Source of the DNA: Klebsiella pneumoniae
GTDB lineage: Bacteria > Pseudomonadota > Gammaproteobacteria > Eutrophobiales > Eutrophobiaceae
DNA: 64,000 nucleotides
Direction of reading: 5' to 3'
Assembly (NCBI GenBank): GCA_945878555.1
Contig: CAMDWI010000007.1
Span: 67,698 to 131,697 of the forward strand
Shown: positions 63,201 through 64,000 of the stretch, piece by piece
Position numbering within the stretch: position 1 is the first letter of the stretch
How the letters are laid out: each line of letters begins with the position of its first letter
Notes under the pieces: model-generated
What the model saw: the letters and a program-made list of their open reading frames with translations, nothing else
Told to the model about the DNA's origin: nothing
Databases searched by the model: none
Position numbers and translations under genes: made by a program

Positions 63201-64000
63201 GTGTTGCAAGTCCAGACTGCCGGTAACGAATTGAACAGTACGACGACCGATATCCTGTTTGTCGACGATGACCCGCTTATCGTCGAATCGCTTTCGATCG
63301 CGCTGGGCAAACAATACCGTGTCTTTTCGGCATCGAATCGGGAACAGACCCGCGAGCTGCTGCGCAAACTGGGCAAAACGCCTTCGATTGCGCTGATTGA
63401 TCTGGGGCTGCCTCCGCTGCCACATAATCCGGATGAAGGTTTCAGGCTGATCAGTGAACTCATCGTCTTTAATCCGGACATCAAGATACTGGTCCTGTCA
63501 GGACAGAGTGATTCTGCCAATATCCAGCACGCACTGACACTCGGCGCTGTTGACTTCGTCCCTAAACCCTGTGACATCCCCTTGTTACGTGCACGCCTGA
63601 AACACCAGCAGATGATGCTGGAGGCCGAGCTGTCCAGTGCCAGTGGTGAGTTGAGTGATGAGGGCTTTCTCGGGGAAAGCCCGGCAATCAAGACATTACA
63701 TGACATCATCCGCCAGTTTGCCAATACCCCGTTTCCGGTGCTGGTAGAAGGTGAGTCCGGCAGCGGCAAGGAGCTTGTGGCCAGATACATCCATGAACAA
63801 AGCCCGCGCGCCGGTTCACCCTTCCTGACGATCAACTGCGCCGCCTTCTCCTCGGAATTGCTGGAGGCGCAACTGTTCGGTCATGCCAAAGGTGCCTACA
63901 CCGGCGCCGGCAAGGACCGGGCCGGTTTTTTTGAAGATGCAGGTGATGGCAGCCTGGTGCTCGATGAGATCGGTGAGCTGCCGCTTGGACTGCAATCGAA
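63201..64000 (+). CDS. sigma-54-dependent two-component response regulator (NtrC family). Only the 5' part is here; the gene runs off the window end.
   Basis: GTG/TTG start. Receiver domain (ILFVDDDPLIVESL...IALIDLGLPP). Then a sigma-54 activator AAA+ domain with the start of the GAFTGA loop region (VLVEGESGSGKELVARYIHEQS...FGHAKGAYTGA...LDEIGELPL). No stop codon inside the window, so it is absent from the ORF track. Confidence 0.7.
   Translation, partial: MLQVQTAGNELNSTTTDILFVDDDPLIVESLSIALGKQYRVFSASNREQTRELLRKLGKTPSIALIDLGLPPLPHNPDEGFRLISELIVFNPDIKILVLSGQSDSANIQHALTLGAVDFVPKPCDIPLLRARLKHQQMMLEAELSSASGELSDEGFLGESPAIKTLHDIIRQFANTPFPVLVEGESGSGKELVARYIHEQSPRAGSPFLTINCAAFSSELLEAQLFGHAKGAYTGAGKDRAGFFEDAGDGSLVLDEIGELPLGLQS

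Noticed and set aside
63182-63835. 217-aa minus-strand ORF
   Set aside because: Antisense to the clearly recognisable sigma-54 response-regulator coding frame, which runs off the window end and so is missing from the track.

Overview
This reads as a chromosomal segment from a gammaproteobacterium, mostly housekeeping genes in conserved synteny.

Conserved blocks:
- Pseudomonas-like block: aroQ-accB-accC-prmA-(zinc-ribbon/DUF3426)-dusB-fis-purH-purD.
- E. coli-like divergent locus: TIGR02449/zapA/6S RNA versus ygfB-pepP-ubiH-ubiI-glnS.
- A tkt-gap-pgk-pyk-fba central carbon operon, plus a phosphoribulokinase gene elsewhere, which suggests a Calvin-cycle-capable host.
- A methyl-cycle block: metK, then an SAH riboswitch in front of ahcY-metF.
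- An iron block (TonB-dependent receptor, bfd, bfr) with a Fur-box-like site.
- A cutA-dsbD-tlpA redox block.

RNA and regulatory elements that no ORF track would show:
- A 6S RNA (ssrS) downstream of zapA, with its own sigma70-like promoter and terminator.
- An SAH riboswitch upstream of ahcY.
- A perfect FNR/ANR box upstream of a universal stress protein gene.
- Fur-box-like sites in the iron block.

Most unusual content:
- A four-gene minus-strand cluster at 7051-16031. It encodes a secreted cytochrome-c-motif DUF1592-family protein, a Tat-signal DUF1552 protein, a secreted 636-aa ankyrin-repeat protein and a 1029-aa TonB-dependent receptor. It sits between prk and dgkA, is bounded by AT-rich DNA, and looks lower in GC by eye.
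- A family of five structured repeats of about 100 bp. Each has a conserved 70-bp imperfect-palindromic core, locus-specific perfect inverted-repeat arms of 15-22 bp, and lies just after a gene's 3' end. One copy carries a further ~93-bp insertion nested in its central hairpin.
- A LemA/GIDE-like pair with an EF-hand loop, an MmgE/PrpD plus nucleotidyltransferase pair, and an EVE-domain gene where ygfA normally follows ssrS.

No rRNA, tRNA, CRISPR array, IS element or transposase was seen.
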